From the NCBI GenBank assembly GCA_035250975.1, contig DATFEP010000004.1:1-64000 (forward strand): a stretch of DNA of 64,000 bases. Reading direction: 5' to 3'. The position numbers were made by a program, and so were the translations under genes. How positions within the stretch are numbered: the stretch's first letter is position 1; the number at the start of each line of letters is the position of its first letter. The notes beneath the pieces are model-generated. The model made no database searches. It worked only from the letters and a program-made list of their open reading frames with translations, and was not told where the DNA came from. The DNA comes from Nitrososphaeraceae archaeon (lineage in GTDB: Archaea; Thermoproteota; Nitrososphaeria; Nitrososphaerales; Nitrososphaeraceae). Positions 30,450 through 41,089 of the stretch are shown in pieces.

Positions 30450-32246
30450 CTATTTTAATCGAGTTTTTCTGAGCATCTTGTTGTATGATAATCCAAATCT
30501 ATGTGCCTCATCTCTTATCGATTGAAGTAGATGCATCACAGGTTCTTTTTCTGATATTTTAAGTGATTCTCTCTCCCAAGGAAGGAATATTTCCTCATTT
30601 TGTTTTGCAAGAGCAATTGTATGAATACATAAATTTTTTTCAGTTAAAGCCTTGATAGCAGAATTCAGTTGAGCTCTCCCTCCATCAATTATAATGAGGT
30701 TGGGAAGAGAATCGATTAATCTTTTGTTATTTGTGTATTGAATTGGAAACAATTCTTCACAATTGGATTCCTGAATGATAACATTTTTGTTACTGTCTTC
30801 TTCAACGTCATTAATTTTATATTCTTTTTCAGAGGTTTTTTTTCGGTCCTTTTCATACCTTCTACCTACTATCTCATTTATCATTCTAACGTCATCTTGT
30901 GTGTCTTTTACTGTTTGTATCTTAAAGCGTCTATACCCACTTTTGAAACGAGATCCGTTAACAAATCTAACACAGGATCCGACGGCAAAAGATGTTCCAA
31001 AATTAGATATATCAAAACAATCTATTATTAATGGAGTTTCTTTTAAATTAATGAGATCTCTTAGGTTGCCCAAAACTGGATTGTATTTTTTCTCGATCCG
31101 GATAAAGATATTTTTCATGATTAACTTCATTAAATCGAATCCACCATTATCTTGATTTGATCTTTTTATTTTGTTAATATTAACAATATGTCCTGAAAGT
31201 TTTTTAAATGTTAATTCTAATAGATTTCTAGATTCTGGAATCTCGTTCACGTAGATAGTATCTGGTATGTTAGATACAGAAGAATAATACTGTAGTAAAA
31301 AAGATGAAAAATTATTATCCCCTAAAATGTGAAATTCAAATTGTTTTGTGTCGCTTATGACACCACAAGATCTTTTCAATATCAATACATAACCTGTCTG
31401 ATTTAATTTATCTACTTTGAATCCTACATATTCTTCATCATTCTTATAAATTAGATCGATTTTCTGTTTTATTTTTAAATTTTCTACTGTTTTTATTGTA
31501 TCTCTTATTTCTTTAGCACGCTCATAATCTTGTCTATTCGAAGCCTCAACCATGTCTTTATTCATTCTTGTCAAGAAATCTTGTATGCCATCTCTTTTTT
31601 TTAAAATCTGTTTTAGCGAATTAATATTTTCATGATATTTTTCCATTGTTATCTTTTGGATACAAGGGGCATCACAATTATTTATGAAATATTCTAAACA
31701 CGGTTTTTTAGGCAAACGATTGCATATTCTTACCTTGAATATTTTTCTTAAGGTTCCAATGGAGATGAATCTAGAACTTCCATACACAAATGGCCCGAAA
31801 ATCTCTCCTTGTGGCCCTGTGAAATCACTCCTCCTGTTCCTTCTCGCAACCAATAATCTGGGAAATGTTTCATCGGTGATATTTAGATATGTATATCTTT
31901 CTTGGTCTTTTAATTCGATATTGAAAATCGGTCTGTATTGTTTAATCAGATTGGCTTCAAGCAAAAAAGCTTCGACTTCATTATCGGTTATTATAAATTC
32001 AATTTCTGAAATTTTTTGCAACAATTTTTTAGTTTTCCATATAATTTTGTCATTTTCAATGTTTTTACGTTTCCATCTAAACCCATCTGTATTTATAATA
32101 CTAAAATAGCTGCAAATTCTTTTTTTGAGGTTTTTTGCCTTTCCTATGTATATTACTTTATCCGAATCATCTTTCATCAAATAGATTCCAGGGTCAGATG
32201 GAAAAGCCTTACAAGCCTTCTTTAATTCAGAATAAGGGTATGTCAT
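30450..32246 (-). CDS. uvrC: Excinuclease ABC subunit C
   Basis: GIY-YIG (PGIYLM...YIGKAKNL), CFDIS, IIDGG, RDEAHRF; no C-terminal HhH. Confidence 0.93.
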   Translation of the reverse strand: MTYPYSELKKACKAFPSDPGIYLMKDDSDKVIYIGKAKNLKKRICSYFSIINTDGFRWKRKNIENDKIIWKTKKLLQKISEIEFIITDNEVEAFLLEANLIKQYRPIFNIELKDQERYTYLNITDETFPRLLVARRNRRSDFTGPQGEIFGPFVYGSSRFISIGTLRKIFKVRICNRLPKKPCLEYFINNCDAPCIQKITMEKYHENINSLKQILKKRDGIQDFLTRMNKDMVEASNRQDYERAKEIRDTIKTVENLKIKQKIDLIYKNDEEYVGFKVDKLNQTGYVLILKRSCGVISDTKQFEFHILGDNNFSSFLLQYYSSVSNIPDTIYVNEIPESRNLLELTFKKLSGHIVNINKIKRSNQDNGGFDLMKLIMKNIFIRIEKKYNPVLGNLRDLINLKETPLIIDCFDISNFGTSFAVGSCVRFVNGSRFKSGYRRFKIQTVKDTQDDVRMINEIVGRRYEKDRKKTSEKEYKINDVEEDSNKNVIIQESNCEELFPIQYTNNKRLIDSLPNLIIIDGGRAQLNSAIKALTEKNLCIHTIALAKQNEEIFLPWERESLKISEKEPVMHLLQSIRDEAHRFGLSYNKMLRKTRLK

Positions 32247-32269
32247 TTTTTCATCTTTTTTTGCTGATT

Positions 32270-35200
32270 TTATTTTGATATCTGTTTTGAGAGATTTAAA
32301 ATTCTACTCATTTTGGTTTTCAAATATTTAACTGTGTAGCTTTTGTTGACGTCTTCTAATAATTCTTCAGGCGTTCCAGAGGTAACAAGGGTTCCGCCTT
32401 CGGTTCCGCCTTCGGGTCCTAAATCATTTATCCAATCTGCACTTACAATAACATCTAGATTATGTTCAATTACTATAACTGTATTTCCTAACTCTGTCAA
32501 TCTTTTTAACACTTTTAACAATTTTTTAACGTCAGAAAAATGAAGACCTGTTGTTGGTTCGTCTAATATGTAAAGCGTCTTTCCGGTATCTCTGCGTGAA
32601 AGTTCTGATGCAAGTTTTATTCTTTGTGCTTCTCCACCAGAAAAAGTAGTAGCAGATTGACCTAATTTGATATATCCTAATCCAACATCATATAACGTGC
32701 TCAGTTTCTTGTAGACTATGGGAATATTTCTGAAAAATTCCATTGCCTCTTCGACAGTAAAATTTAAAATATCGTATATCGTTTTCTCTTTATATTTTAC
32801 TAATAGCGTCTCTGAATTGTACCTTTTTCCAACACATTCATCACATTTAACGTACACATCAGGTAAAAATTGCATTTCTATTTTTTTTACTCCACATCCT
32901 TCGCATGCTTCACACCTCCCTCCCCTAACATTAAAAGAAAATCTTCCTTGGGAATATCCCATTTCTCTTGATCTTATAGTTTTCGAAAATAATTCTCTTA
33001 TAGGAGTAAATGCGTTGACATATGTAGCTGCATTAGACCTTGGTGTTCTTCCGATTGGAGATTGGTCAATTCCTATTACTTTGTCTATATATTCTATTCC
33101 TGTGATCTCATCGTATTTTCCTGGTTCTTCTTTCCCGCCAAAATGATTCATAATTGCTTTAAACAAGATATCATTTACTAATGTTGATTTTCCAGAACCT
33201 GATACTCCAGTTACAACTGTGAGAAAACCAATGGGGAATTTTACATTAATACTTTTCAAGTTATTTGAATTAGCTCCATATACCACCAGCCATTTGTCCA
33301 TTTTTCCTTTATCTTTTGAAAATATTGCAGCATTTTTTTCACCTCTTAGATATTTACCAGTTACAGAATTAACACTGTTCATAATATCTAAAATCGTTCC
33401 CTCTGCTACTATTTTTCCACCATGGGTTCCTGCTCCAGGACCAATATCAATAATCCAATCTGAATTTCGAATAACGTCTTCGTCATGTTCCACAATTATT
33501 AAAGTATTATCCAAACTACGTAGTCTTTTTAGGGTGTTTAATAATCTGTCATTGTCTCTTTGATGTAACCCTATCGTGGGTTCATCTAATACATAAAGAA
33601 CCCCAGTAAGATTAGATCCTATTTGCGTTGCAAGTCTTATTCTTTGCGATTCTCCGCCAGATAAAGAACCAGTTGTTCTATTCAAGGTCAAATAGTTCAA
33701 TCCCACGTTTTTCAAGAATTCTAATCGAGAAAGAATTTCCTTTAACACGTTTTTTGCGATCTCTCTTTCAATAGGTTTGAGATCCAATTCTTTAAAAAAT
33801 TGATAACAATCGTCTATTGAAAGGTCACATATTTCCATAATAGACTTATTTCTTATCTTTACGGATAATGATTCTTCATTTAACCTTCTTCCGTTGCATT
33901 TTTCGCACAGCCTTTCTTTCATAAATTTCGTTAATGTCTCTCTTTTGATATCTGATTCTGTAGTTTTGAATATCCTCTCTAAATTTGGAATAACTCCCTC
34001 AAAATTAGAATTATATTCCCATTTACTCTGCGAATATTTTGATTCGTATTTGAAATGAATATTTTCATTCGTACCGTATAAAATAACTCTGATTTGTTCA
34101 GAATTCAATTTGTATATCGGTATATTTAAATTAAATCCGTATTTTCTGCCAACATCTTTAAGCATAGATGCTCTAAAAGAAGCGAACTTTCCTGTCCAAG
34201 GAACGATGGCTCCATCTAGGATACTCTTACTTTTGTCAGGTATAATTAATTCAGGGTCGAATTCTATCTTTATTCCGAGACCATTACAACTGTGGCATGC
34301 ACCAAACGGGGAATTAAAAGAGAAAGATCTAGGTTCGAGATTTCCTACACTGATACTACAATACGGACAAGAGTTGTGTTGTGAAAATAGATAATTTTGA
34401 TTGTCTACAAAACAAATTATAATCCCATTTCCTAAATTCGCAGCCGACTGTATGTCTTCAAATAACCGGCTTCTCTCTTCCGGAATAGGCTTTAATCTAT
34501 CAATAACTATCTCAATATCATGTTTTTTTTGCTTTTCTAAATTTAATGTAGGATAATTCAAAATAGAGTTATTACTACTAGAATTTTGAAGATCTGAGTA
34601 ATTCTTGTTATGCATATTTTGCTCTATTTCATTATCAAGATTTACAACTTTACCATCCACTCTTAGTCTGGAATATCCTTTTTTTCTCAAATCTTCAAAT
34701 AGTCTGTCAAAAGTACCTTTTTTTCCTATTATTATTGGTGATAAAATCGTAATCACCTCTTTATCTTGTGATAATCTCAAAATTGATTCAGTGATAGAAT
34801 CAACTGTCTGACTAGTTATTTTTCTATGACATCTTGGACAAAATGGTATTCCAATTTTCGCAAACAATAGTCTCAAATAGTCATAAATTTCCGTAACAGT
34901 TCCAACAGTAGATCTAGGATTTTTGTTAGTAGTTTTCTGTTGTATCGAAATAGCTGGTGACAATCCTTCAATTGAATCCACATCTGGTTTTTCCATTAAT
35001 TCAAGAAACTGTCTTGCATATGCTGATAATGATTCGACGTACCTTCTTTGTCCTTCGGCATAAATAGTATCAAACGCAAGGGTCGATTTTCCTGATCCAG
35101 AAACACCAGTTAATACTATTATTTTCTTTTTGGGTATTTCAACATCAATATTTTTTAAATTATGTTGTTTTGCACCTTTTATTACAAGTTTATCTATCAT
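32270..35200 (-). CDS. uvrA: Excinuclease ABC subunit A
   Basis: Two GVSGSGKS Walker A motifs, EGQRRYVESLS, LSGGESQRIRLA, Zn fingers. Confidence 0.98.
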   Translation of the reverse strand: MIDKLVIKGAKQHNLKNIDVEIPKKKIIVLTGVSGSGKSTLAFDTIYAEGQRRYVESLSAYARQFLELMEKPDVDSIEGLSPAISIQQKTTNKNPRSTVGTVTEIYDYLRLLFAKIGIPFCPRCHRKITSQTVDSITESILRLSQDKEVITILSPIIIGKKGTFDRLFEDLRKKGYSRLRVDGKVVNLDNEIEQNMHNKNYSDLQNSSSNNSILNYPTLNLEKQKKHDIEIVIDRLKPIPEERSRLFEDIQSAANLGNGIIICFVDNQNYLFSQHNSCPYCSISVGNLEPRSFSFNSPFGACHSCNGLGIKIEFDPELIIPDKSKSILDGAIVPWTGKFASFRASMLKDVGRKYGFNLNIPIYKLNSEQIRVILYGTNENIHFKYESKYSQSKWEYNSNFEGVIPNLERIFKTTESDIKRETLTKFMKERLCEKCNGRRLNEESLSVKIRNKSIMEICDLSIDDCYQFFKELDLKPIEREIAKNVLKEILSRLEFLKNVGLNYLTLNRTTGSLSGGESQRIRLATQIGSNLTGVLYVLDEPTIGLHQRDNDRLLNTLKRLRSLDNTLIIVEHDEDVIRNSDWIIDIGPGAGTHGGKIVAEGTILDIMNSVNSVTGKYLRGEKNAAIFSKDKGKMDKWLVVYGANSNNLKSINVKFPIGFLTVVTGVSGSGKSTLVNDILFKAIMNHFGGKEEPGKYDEITGIEYIDKVIGIDQSPIGRTPRSNAATYVNAFTPIRELFSKTIRSREMGYSQGRFSFNVRGGRCEACEGCGVKKIEMQFLPDVYVKCDECVGKRYNSETLLVKYKEKTIYDILNFTVEEAMEFFRNIPIVYKKLSTLYDVGLGYIKLGQSATTFSGGEAQRIKLASELSRRDTGKTLYILDEPTTGLHFSDVKKLLKVLKRLTELGNTVIVIEHNLDVIVSADWINDLGPEGGTEGGTLVTSGTPEELLEDVNKSYTVKYLKTKMSRILNLSKQISK

Positions 35201-35202
35201 AA

Positions 35203-37173
35203 CTAGATGATCTCTATTATTCCAAGTTCATTGTTAATTTTTTTCAACTTATCTCTATATTCAATAGCCTTTTCAAATTCCAAGTCTTCTGCAAATTTTT
35301 TCATGATAGATTCAGTTTCTATAGATAATTTCAACAGATCTTTTCTGCTCATTGCTTTTAAAATCTCATAATCTTTTCTTGGATTATCTTGGGTTAAAAT
35401 AGGCTTGATTATGGATTTAGGCGTGATTTTGTTTTGGATATTATATTCCATCTGTTTTTTCCTTCTTCTATCTGTTTCATTTATGGCAGTTTTCATTGAT
35501 TTCGTAATTTTTTCACAATACATGATTACTTTACCTTCAATATTTCTAGCGGCCCTTCCAAAGGTTTGAATTAAACTGATTTCATTACGTAAAAACCCCT
35601 CTTTATCTGCATCCAATATTACAACTAACGCAACTTCTGGAATATCTAATCCTTCCCTCAGCAAATTAATACCAACTAGAACATCAAAATCTCCGAGTCT
35701 CAGCTGACGAATCAAATCTGTTCTTTCCAAACCTTGGATTTCAGAGTGTAAATATCTTACTTTGATATCTTTTTTTGAAAGAAATTCTGCAAGGTCTTCT
35801 GCCATCCTCTTTGTTATGGTTGTTATCAGAATTCGTTGATTTTTTTTAACTCTTTTTCTTATTTCTGAAATTAAATCAACAATCTGGTTACTAGTAGATC
35901 TCACTTCAACTTCAGGATCTAATAAACCGGTTGGTCTCACAAGTTGTTCAACCACATTAAGGCTAGAATCTAATTCATAAGATGATGGTGTAGCTGAAAC
36001 ATAAATGACTTTGTTCAAATATTTTTCAAATTCCTTAAAGTTTAGCGGTCTATTGTCAAAAGCGCTTGGTAATCTAAAACCGTATTCTACAAGTGTCTTT
36101 TTTCTTGTATGATCTCCATTATACATTGCTCTAAGTTGAGGCATAGTTACGTGCGACTCATCTATTACAATCAAAAAATCCTCACCAAAAAAATCTAATA
36201 GACAATAAGGCGGTTCACCTTTTTTTCTGTCATCAAAATGACGAGAGTAATTTTCAATTCCAGAACAATATCCTAATTCCTTTAACATTTCCAAATCATA
36301 TTTAGTTCTAGAACGTAATCTTTCCTTTTCTAGCTCGCCCTTCAAATTTGTGATCCATTCTTTTAATTCTGTTTCTATGGAACTTATTGCTTTATCCCTG
36401 ATCTTTTCGTCTATAACATAGTGTTTAGCAGGAAATATCTTTATTCTGGTAACATTCCTTATTTTCCTTAAAGTAATAGGGTCATGTATGCTTATATTTT
36501 CAATCTCATCTCCAAGTAACGCAATTCTAACTATATCGTTTGAATAGCCGGGAAAAATGTCAATTACATCTCCTTTTGCTCTAAAATTTCCTTGAATTAA
36601 TGAGGTGTCGTTTCTTTCATATCTTGACTCTATCAACTTGCGAATTATTTCTTTTCTATTTGTCATACTTCCAATACAGAGAGAAATAGAATTCTTCTCC
36701 CATTCTATTGGAGAACCTAAAGAGTAAATACATGAAACTGTAGCAACAATAATTGTTGGTTCGCCTGACATCAACATTGCAGTAGCTTCTAGTCTCATTT
36801 TCTCAATTATTTCGTTTACCTCTGTATCTTTTTCAATATATGTATCAGTTTGGGGAATATAACTTTCAGGCTGGTAATAATCGTAAAAACTAACAAAATA
36901 TCCAACATTATTTTCAGGAAAAAAATCTTTAAACTCTGAATAAAGTTGGCTAGCCAATGTCTTGTTTGGAGAAATAACAAGTGTATTCTTATTAACCCCT
37001 GCAATCACGTTAGCTATTGTAAAAGTTTTTCCACTTCCCGTCACACCCAACAATGTTTGAACTGATCTTTTTTTTGTTTCTAGTCCTTTCTTTAACTCAT
37101 CTATAGCTTTTTGTTGATCTCCTCCGGTAGAAAAAGATGTGTTCAGCTCAAAAATTGAAGAAATTTTTTGCAA
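35203..37173 (-). CDS. uvrB: Excinuclease ABC subunit B
   Basis: LGVTGSGKT, FVSFYDYYQPE, DESH, GINLLREGLD, GRAAR. Confidence 0.98.
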   Translation of the reverse strand: MQKISSIFELNTSFSTGGDQQKAIDELKKGLETKKRSVQTLLGVTGSGKTFTIANVIAGVNKNTLVISPNKTLASQLYSEFKDFFPENNVGYFVSFYDYYQPESYIPQTDTYIEKDTEVNEIIEKMRLEATAMLMSGEPTIIVATVSCIYSLGSPIEWEKNSISLCIGSMTNRKEIIRKLIESRYERNDTSLIQGNFRAKGDVIDIFPGYSNDIVRIALLGDEIENISIHDPITLRKIRNVTRIKIFPAKHYVIDEKIRDKAISSIETELKEWITNLKGELEKERLRSRTKYDLEMLKELGYCSGIENYSRHFDDRKKGEPPYCLLDFFGEDFLIVIDESHVTMPQLRAMYNGDHTRKKTLVEYGFRLPSAFDNRPLNFKEFEKYLNKVIYVSATPSSYELDSSLNVVEQLVRPTGLLDPEVEVRSTSNQIVDLISEIRKRVKKNQRILITTITKRMAEDLAEFLSKKDIKVRYLHSEIQGLERTDLIRQLRLGDFDVLVGINLLREGLDIPEVALVVILDADKEGFLRNEISLIQTFGRAARNIEGKVIMYCEKITKSMKTAINETDRRRKKQMEYNIQNKITPKSIIKPILTQDNPRKDYEILKAMSRKDLLKLSIETESIMKKFAEDLEFEKAIEYRDKLKKINNELGIIEII

Positions 37174-37204
37174 TTTAAGAAAAAATTAAATTTTTGTAAA
37201 AAAG

Positions 37205-37780
37205 TTATTCCTTCCACTTGATAGAACATCCTATAGAAGGATCGAAATCCTTTTCTATTCTTTCTACATTTAGTATTTTTTTTATGTTTTCATGCATTAT
37301 GTGTTTCTGTGGCTTCGATCCTGGCTCCATCGCATCATTTATTCTCCCATGAAAAACCAAAGTTTTATTCGAATCGAACAAAAATGGATCTGGAGTACAT
37401 ACAGCACCATATAACTTTGCAATCTCTTGTGTTTCATCTATAAGATATGGGAAATTCAAGTTATTTTGTTTTGCAAATTCCTTCATGTTATCAAAACCTT
37501 CATCTTGATAAGAAGGATCATTACTATTGATTGCGATTATTTGAAGGTCATCAGTATTAAATGTTGACTGCAAAACAACAATGTCATTTATTCTTGCTTT
37601 AACAAATGGGCAGTGGTTACAAATAAAAATAACCAACAAAGTCCTGCTGTTAAAATCATTTAATGAATAATTTTTTTCATCTATACCTTTTAGAGTAAAA
37701 TGAGGAGCTTTCTGACCTGTTACTAATTTCTGATTTGAGAAAGTTCTGACCATAAACCAAGAAATATTATTCAGGTACAT
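37205..37780 (-). CDS. AhpC/TSA-like thioredoxin family protein
   Basis: FICNHCPFV, YGAVCTPD, SIGCSIKW. Confidence 0.9.
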   Translation of the reverse strand: MYLNNISWFMVRTFSNQKLVTGQKAPHFTLKGIDEKNYSLNDFNSRTLLVIFICNHCPFVKARINDIVVLQSTFNTDDLQIIAINSNDPSYQDEGFDNMKEFAKQNNLNFPYLIDETQEIAKLYGAVCTPDPFLFDSNKTLVFHGRINDAMEPGSKPQKHIMHENIKKILNVERIEKDFDPSIGCSIKWKE

Positions 37781-37834
37781 ATATTTTCGTTTTCGATTAT
37801 ATGTTCGATTATTTAGAAAAGTGGATATGATAAG

Positions 37835-38056
37835 TTAATGAATGGTATTGTTTTTTGTAAATATGAATACAGATTCACCATTAGTGTCACCATAACAATA
37901 TTTGAACCTATATCCTCCACGTCTAATCAAACTTCCAACAGAATATGATAATATTGACTTATTTCTTACTACCAACAATGATCCGTATGGCATGCTCTGA
38001 ATTTCAGCATTGTATCCATTAGATAATATCTTTCCTAATAGGTCTATTGGTCTCAA
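37835..38056 (-). CDS. Small hypothetical protein
   Basis: 73-aa ORF co-oriented with neighbours. Confidence 0.5.
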   Translation of the reverse strand: MRPIDLLGKILSNGYNAEIQSMPYGSLLVVRNKSILSYSVGSLIRRGGYRFKYCYGDTNGESVFIFTKNNTIH

Positions 38057-38203
38057 TGTTATACTCGGTACAAATAAAATAGAGAAAATGATAAAATGTT
38101 CTGTCTATTTATACAAGCTAATAGGTATAAACAATTTTAATGAATAATTTTTTCCAATTCTTGCAAACTTTCTAAATTTTTTTTAAAAAAATACCACATA
38201 TTG

Positions 38204-38866
38204 TTATTCTGAATTTAATATTACAACTTCGCAAACTTTGACGAGTTCCTTAAATTTATTAGCATCTATCTCTGTCCCTACGATGGTCCCATAATGCATA
38301 GGAATAGCGGCCTTTGAAGGTTTTATCATGTTATTTATGGCATTAGCTGCTTCTTCTGCTGTCATTACGTATACTCCTGATACTGGAACTAATGCAATAT
38401 CAGGTTTAATCTCATTCATCTCGGGAATTGCATCTGTATCTCCGGAGTGATATATCCTTGTGCCGTTAGTTGTGATTATAAATCCTACCTTTTTATCTTC
38501 TTTTGGATGATAATTTTTATCTATGTTGTATGCAGGCACAACCTCAATATCGATACCATCTTGCAGTATTTTTTGACCTGGTTCTACTTCTTTTATATTT
38601 TTGAATCCTTCTTGTTTTAATTTTTCTACACATTCTGCTGCTGCAATAATCGATGTTTTTTCGTTATTGATTATACGTAGATCTTCTGGACTTAAATGAT
38701 CGAAATGATTATGTGAAATTAAAATTAGGTCTGCATCGTGTTCGTTATGTTTTTCCTTGAGTTTGTATGGATCAATATATACTATTTTGTCTTCATTATT
38801 TACTATTTTGTATCCATCATGACCAAGCCAATATATATTAATATTATTAAATTCCATATTTTTCAA
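38204..38866 (-). CDS. Metallo-beta-lactamase-fold hydrolase (UPF0173/UlaG-like)
   Basis: WLGHDG, SHNHFDH, YHSGDT, IPMHYG. Confidence 0.9.
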   Translation of the reverse strand: MKNMEFNNINIYWLGHDGYKIVNNEDKIVYIDPYKLKEKHNEHDADLILISHNHFDHLSPEDLRIINNEKTSIIAAAECVEKLKQEGFKNIKEVEPGQKILQDGIDIEVVPAYNIDKNYHPKEDKKVGFIITTNGTRIYHSGDTDAIPEMNEIKPDIALVPVSGVYVMTAEEAANAINNMIKPSKAAIPMHYGTIVGTEIDANKFKELVKVCEVVILNSE

Positions 38867-38898
38867 TATTCTATTTCAAATTTAAATTTGTCTATTGC

Positions 38899-39273
38899 TT
38901 AATTGTTCACTACTATCATCTTGTTTTTTCTCAATGATATTACTAAAGTGTTCTGAGAAATTAATCGTCTAATTAGATCCTTGTCAATAGTTGCGACAGC
39001 ACATTTATTAAAATAGGCATACTCCACTAAATTATCATCAATATGTTTAGTTCTTGATGTTTTTATCTTCTTAAATCTTTTAGAAATTTCTAAAGCTAGT
39101 TTAGCGTCTCTTGACCTTCGAGGATTAGAACTAACGAGTTTGATTAATTCTTCAATCACTACATCAGGTATCAAGAAATTAATCTTACCAAACATATTCT
39201 CAATGTTTTCCAATAATTTGGTTGGTTTTGTCACTAAGACTATAAAAAAACTTGTATCGCATATGACATCCAT
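38899..39273 (-). CDS. PIN-domain protein (Fcf1/Utp24-like)
   Basis: VICDTSF, VIEEL, DD, VATIDKDLIRR. Confidence 0.85.
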   Translation of the reverse strand: MDVICDTSFFIVLVTKPTKLLENIENMFGKINFLIPDVVIEELIKLVSSNPRRSRDAKLALEISKRFKKIKTSRTKHIDDNLVEYAYFNKCAVATIDKDLIRRLISQNTLVISLRKNKMIVVNN

Positions 39274-39340
39274 TATAAAGGCTTATTTTTTGATATTCAA
39301 ATAAAAATTTTGGAAAATAAAAAATTTTATTTGTCGATAA

Positions 39341-39730
39341 TTATTTTTCGTATCCTATTCTATCTGCTAGTTTAACTACTTCTCTTCCCTTATTTGTTAA
39401 GGCGTTGTATATTCTTGGTTTGCCTCTGCCTCTTGATTTTTCTTTTTTGATTTTCCTATCAATTAATGCTAGATTTGTTGCTCTTTTCATAAGAGATTGT
39501 CCATATCCCCAGCTTCCCATTGTTATCAATAACTCTCTTGTGTGTAATTCTTTGTTTGTCTTTAATACACGAAGTAGTGGTATTAACGGCCTTTCGTTAA
39601 TCAGTATTTTTAGGATGTCCAATTCTACTGTAATTGGTACAGATTTTACTGGTTTTACTTCCTTTGGTTTTACCTCTTTTGTTTCTTTTACAATATCCTT
39701 TTTAGGTTTTGAACCTTTTTTTGCTACCAT
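39341..39730 (-). CDS. Basic winged-helix DNA-binding protein (putative)
   Basis: Lys-rich N-terminus; RGRGKPRIYNALTNKGREV wing motif. Confidence 0.65.
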   Translation of the reverse strand: MVAKKGSKPKKDIVKETKEVKPKEVKPVKSVPITVELDILKILINERPLIPLLRVLKTNKELHTRELLITMGSWGYGQSLMKRATNLALIDRKIKKEKSRGRGKPRIYNALTNKGREVVKLADRIGYEK

Positions 39731-40401
39731 TTTTTCTACCGATGTGACTTTACAAAAGATAAATATTTAATCTTTTGTTTCTGTTATCAATTTTAATAGG
39801 AATATATTTAGAAAAAAGTTACAAAATGAAATATTAGAAACTTAAAATTTATATATGTCTCATTAGACGTAGTGAGGCTAATCAAAATCCTACTTATTCT
39901 CTATATGATAACTTAATTTAATAATGAATTTATTCAATTTGGACGTATTTTCATGTCTTTTACAAGATATTCAGTAATCAATCATTCTTCTTTCAAAAAT
40001 ATCAGAATTAGTGACTTTATACACAACTGATTTGAATTAAATAATTTTTTGCTGAATTATATAAGAATATTAGATGTTAAATCTGTTGTAAAAGTACAAA
40101 ATAAATAAAAGAGGGATTAATTCAAATAAAAAATCTTTGTAAAGAAAACACTATTATTGTTTATAGAAAGTTTTTTAATATATCCTTTAGTGCATGAAAC
40201 AGAGAGAAGAAATCAGTATTTTTCTGTTGCTGATAAAATAAAAATCATTGACCATTTTGATTGTTGCCTTGTACATAGGAGGTTATAAAATTAGTTACAT
40301 TAAATAAATAAGGACTAGTGTCTCGTATAGAAGTATAAACTATGTTAATTCCTTGTTTATATATATTTTTTATTTTCCTGTATTGATATTGTTTTTATAT
40401 G

Positions 40402-40539
40402 TCACCAAAAATTTCCTTTATCAGAGCAGGTTAATTCTGTACCACATTTGCTACACCTTAAATGGCAAGTTTGTAAATGGATCATTATATTCTCACATCT
40501 AGGACAATACACAGCCTCTTGAGGATATTTTTCTTCCAT
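40402..40539 (-). CDS. Small CPxC zinc-finger protein, not in ORF track
   Basis: Manual translation MEEKYPQEAVYCPRCENIMIHLQTCHLRCSKCGTELTCSDKGNFW* (45 aa, 6 Cys). Confidence 0.7.
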   Translation of the reverse strand: MEEKYPQEAVYCPRCENIMIHLQTCHLRCSKCGTELTCSDKGNFW

Positions 40540-40589
40540 AATAATCATCTATATTTTTTTGACTTTTAACCTTTTGCAAAGATTAATTA

Positions 40590-41015
40590 ATGATTAAATT
40601 GGTTGACTTTTTGTTGGTTAATTTCAAAGTAGTAGTTTCTGATAAAAAGGGTAAGAGTGTGTCACATGAACTTAAAGATAAAGAGGCGCAACCATTTCTT
40701 GGTGGAAAAATAGGCGACTCATTTGATTCCACCACTATTGGCGTCTCTGGTGGAAAATTAAAAGTCACTGGAGGTAGTGACAAATCTGGCACTCCGATGC
40801 GCTCAGATGTTCATGGAGGAGTAAAAAAATATGTATTGTTGAGCAAGGGGGTAGGGATGAATGATTCTAGCGACGGTAAAAGGATAAGAAAACTCGTTAG
40901 GGGAAATATGATCACTGAAGAAATATACCAATTAAATTGTATTTTAGAGGGAGTTAATCTAACACAACCTGAGAATTCAGAGGAAAGTAATGAATCAAAT
41001 AAACCAGTCACCTAG
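40590..41015 (+). CDS. rps6e: 30S ribosomal protein S6e
   Basis: FKVVVSD, VTGGSDKSGTPMR, RKLVRGN; start probably TTG at ~40611-40614. Confidence 0.93.
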   Translation: MIKLVDFLLVNFKVVVSDKKGKSVSHELKDKEAQPFLGGKIGDSFDSTTIGVSGGKLKVTGGSDKSGTPMRSDVHGGVKKYVLLSKGVGMNDSSDGKRIRKLVRGNMITEEIYQLNCILEGVNLTQPENSEESNESNKPVT

Positions 41016-41089
41016 TATCTTTGTTTTTTAGATATCGTTTTTTTCAAGAACCTCAATTACCTTAATATCCCTCAATAAAATAAAAGACG

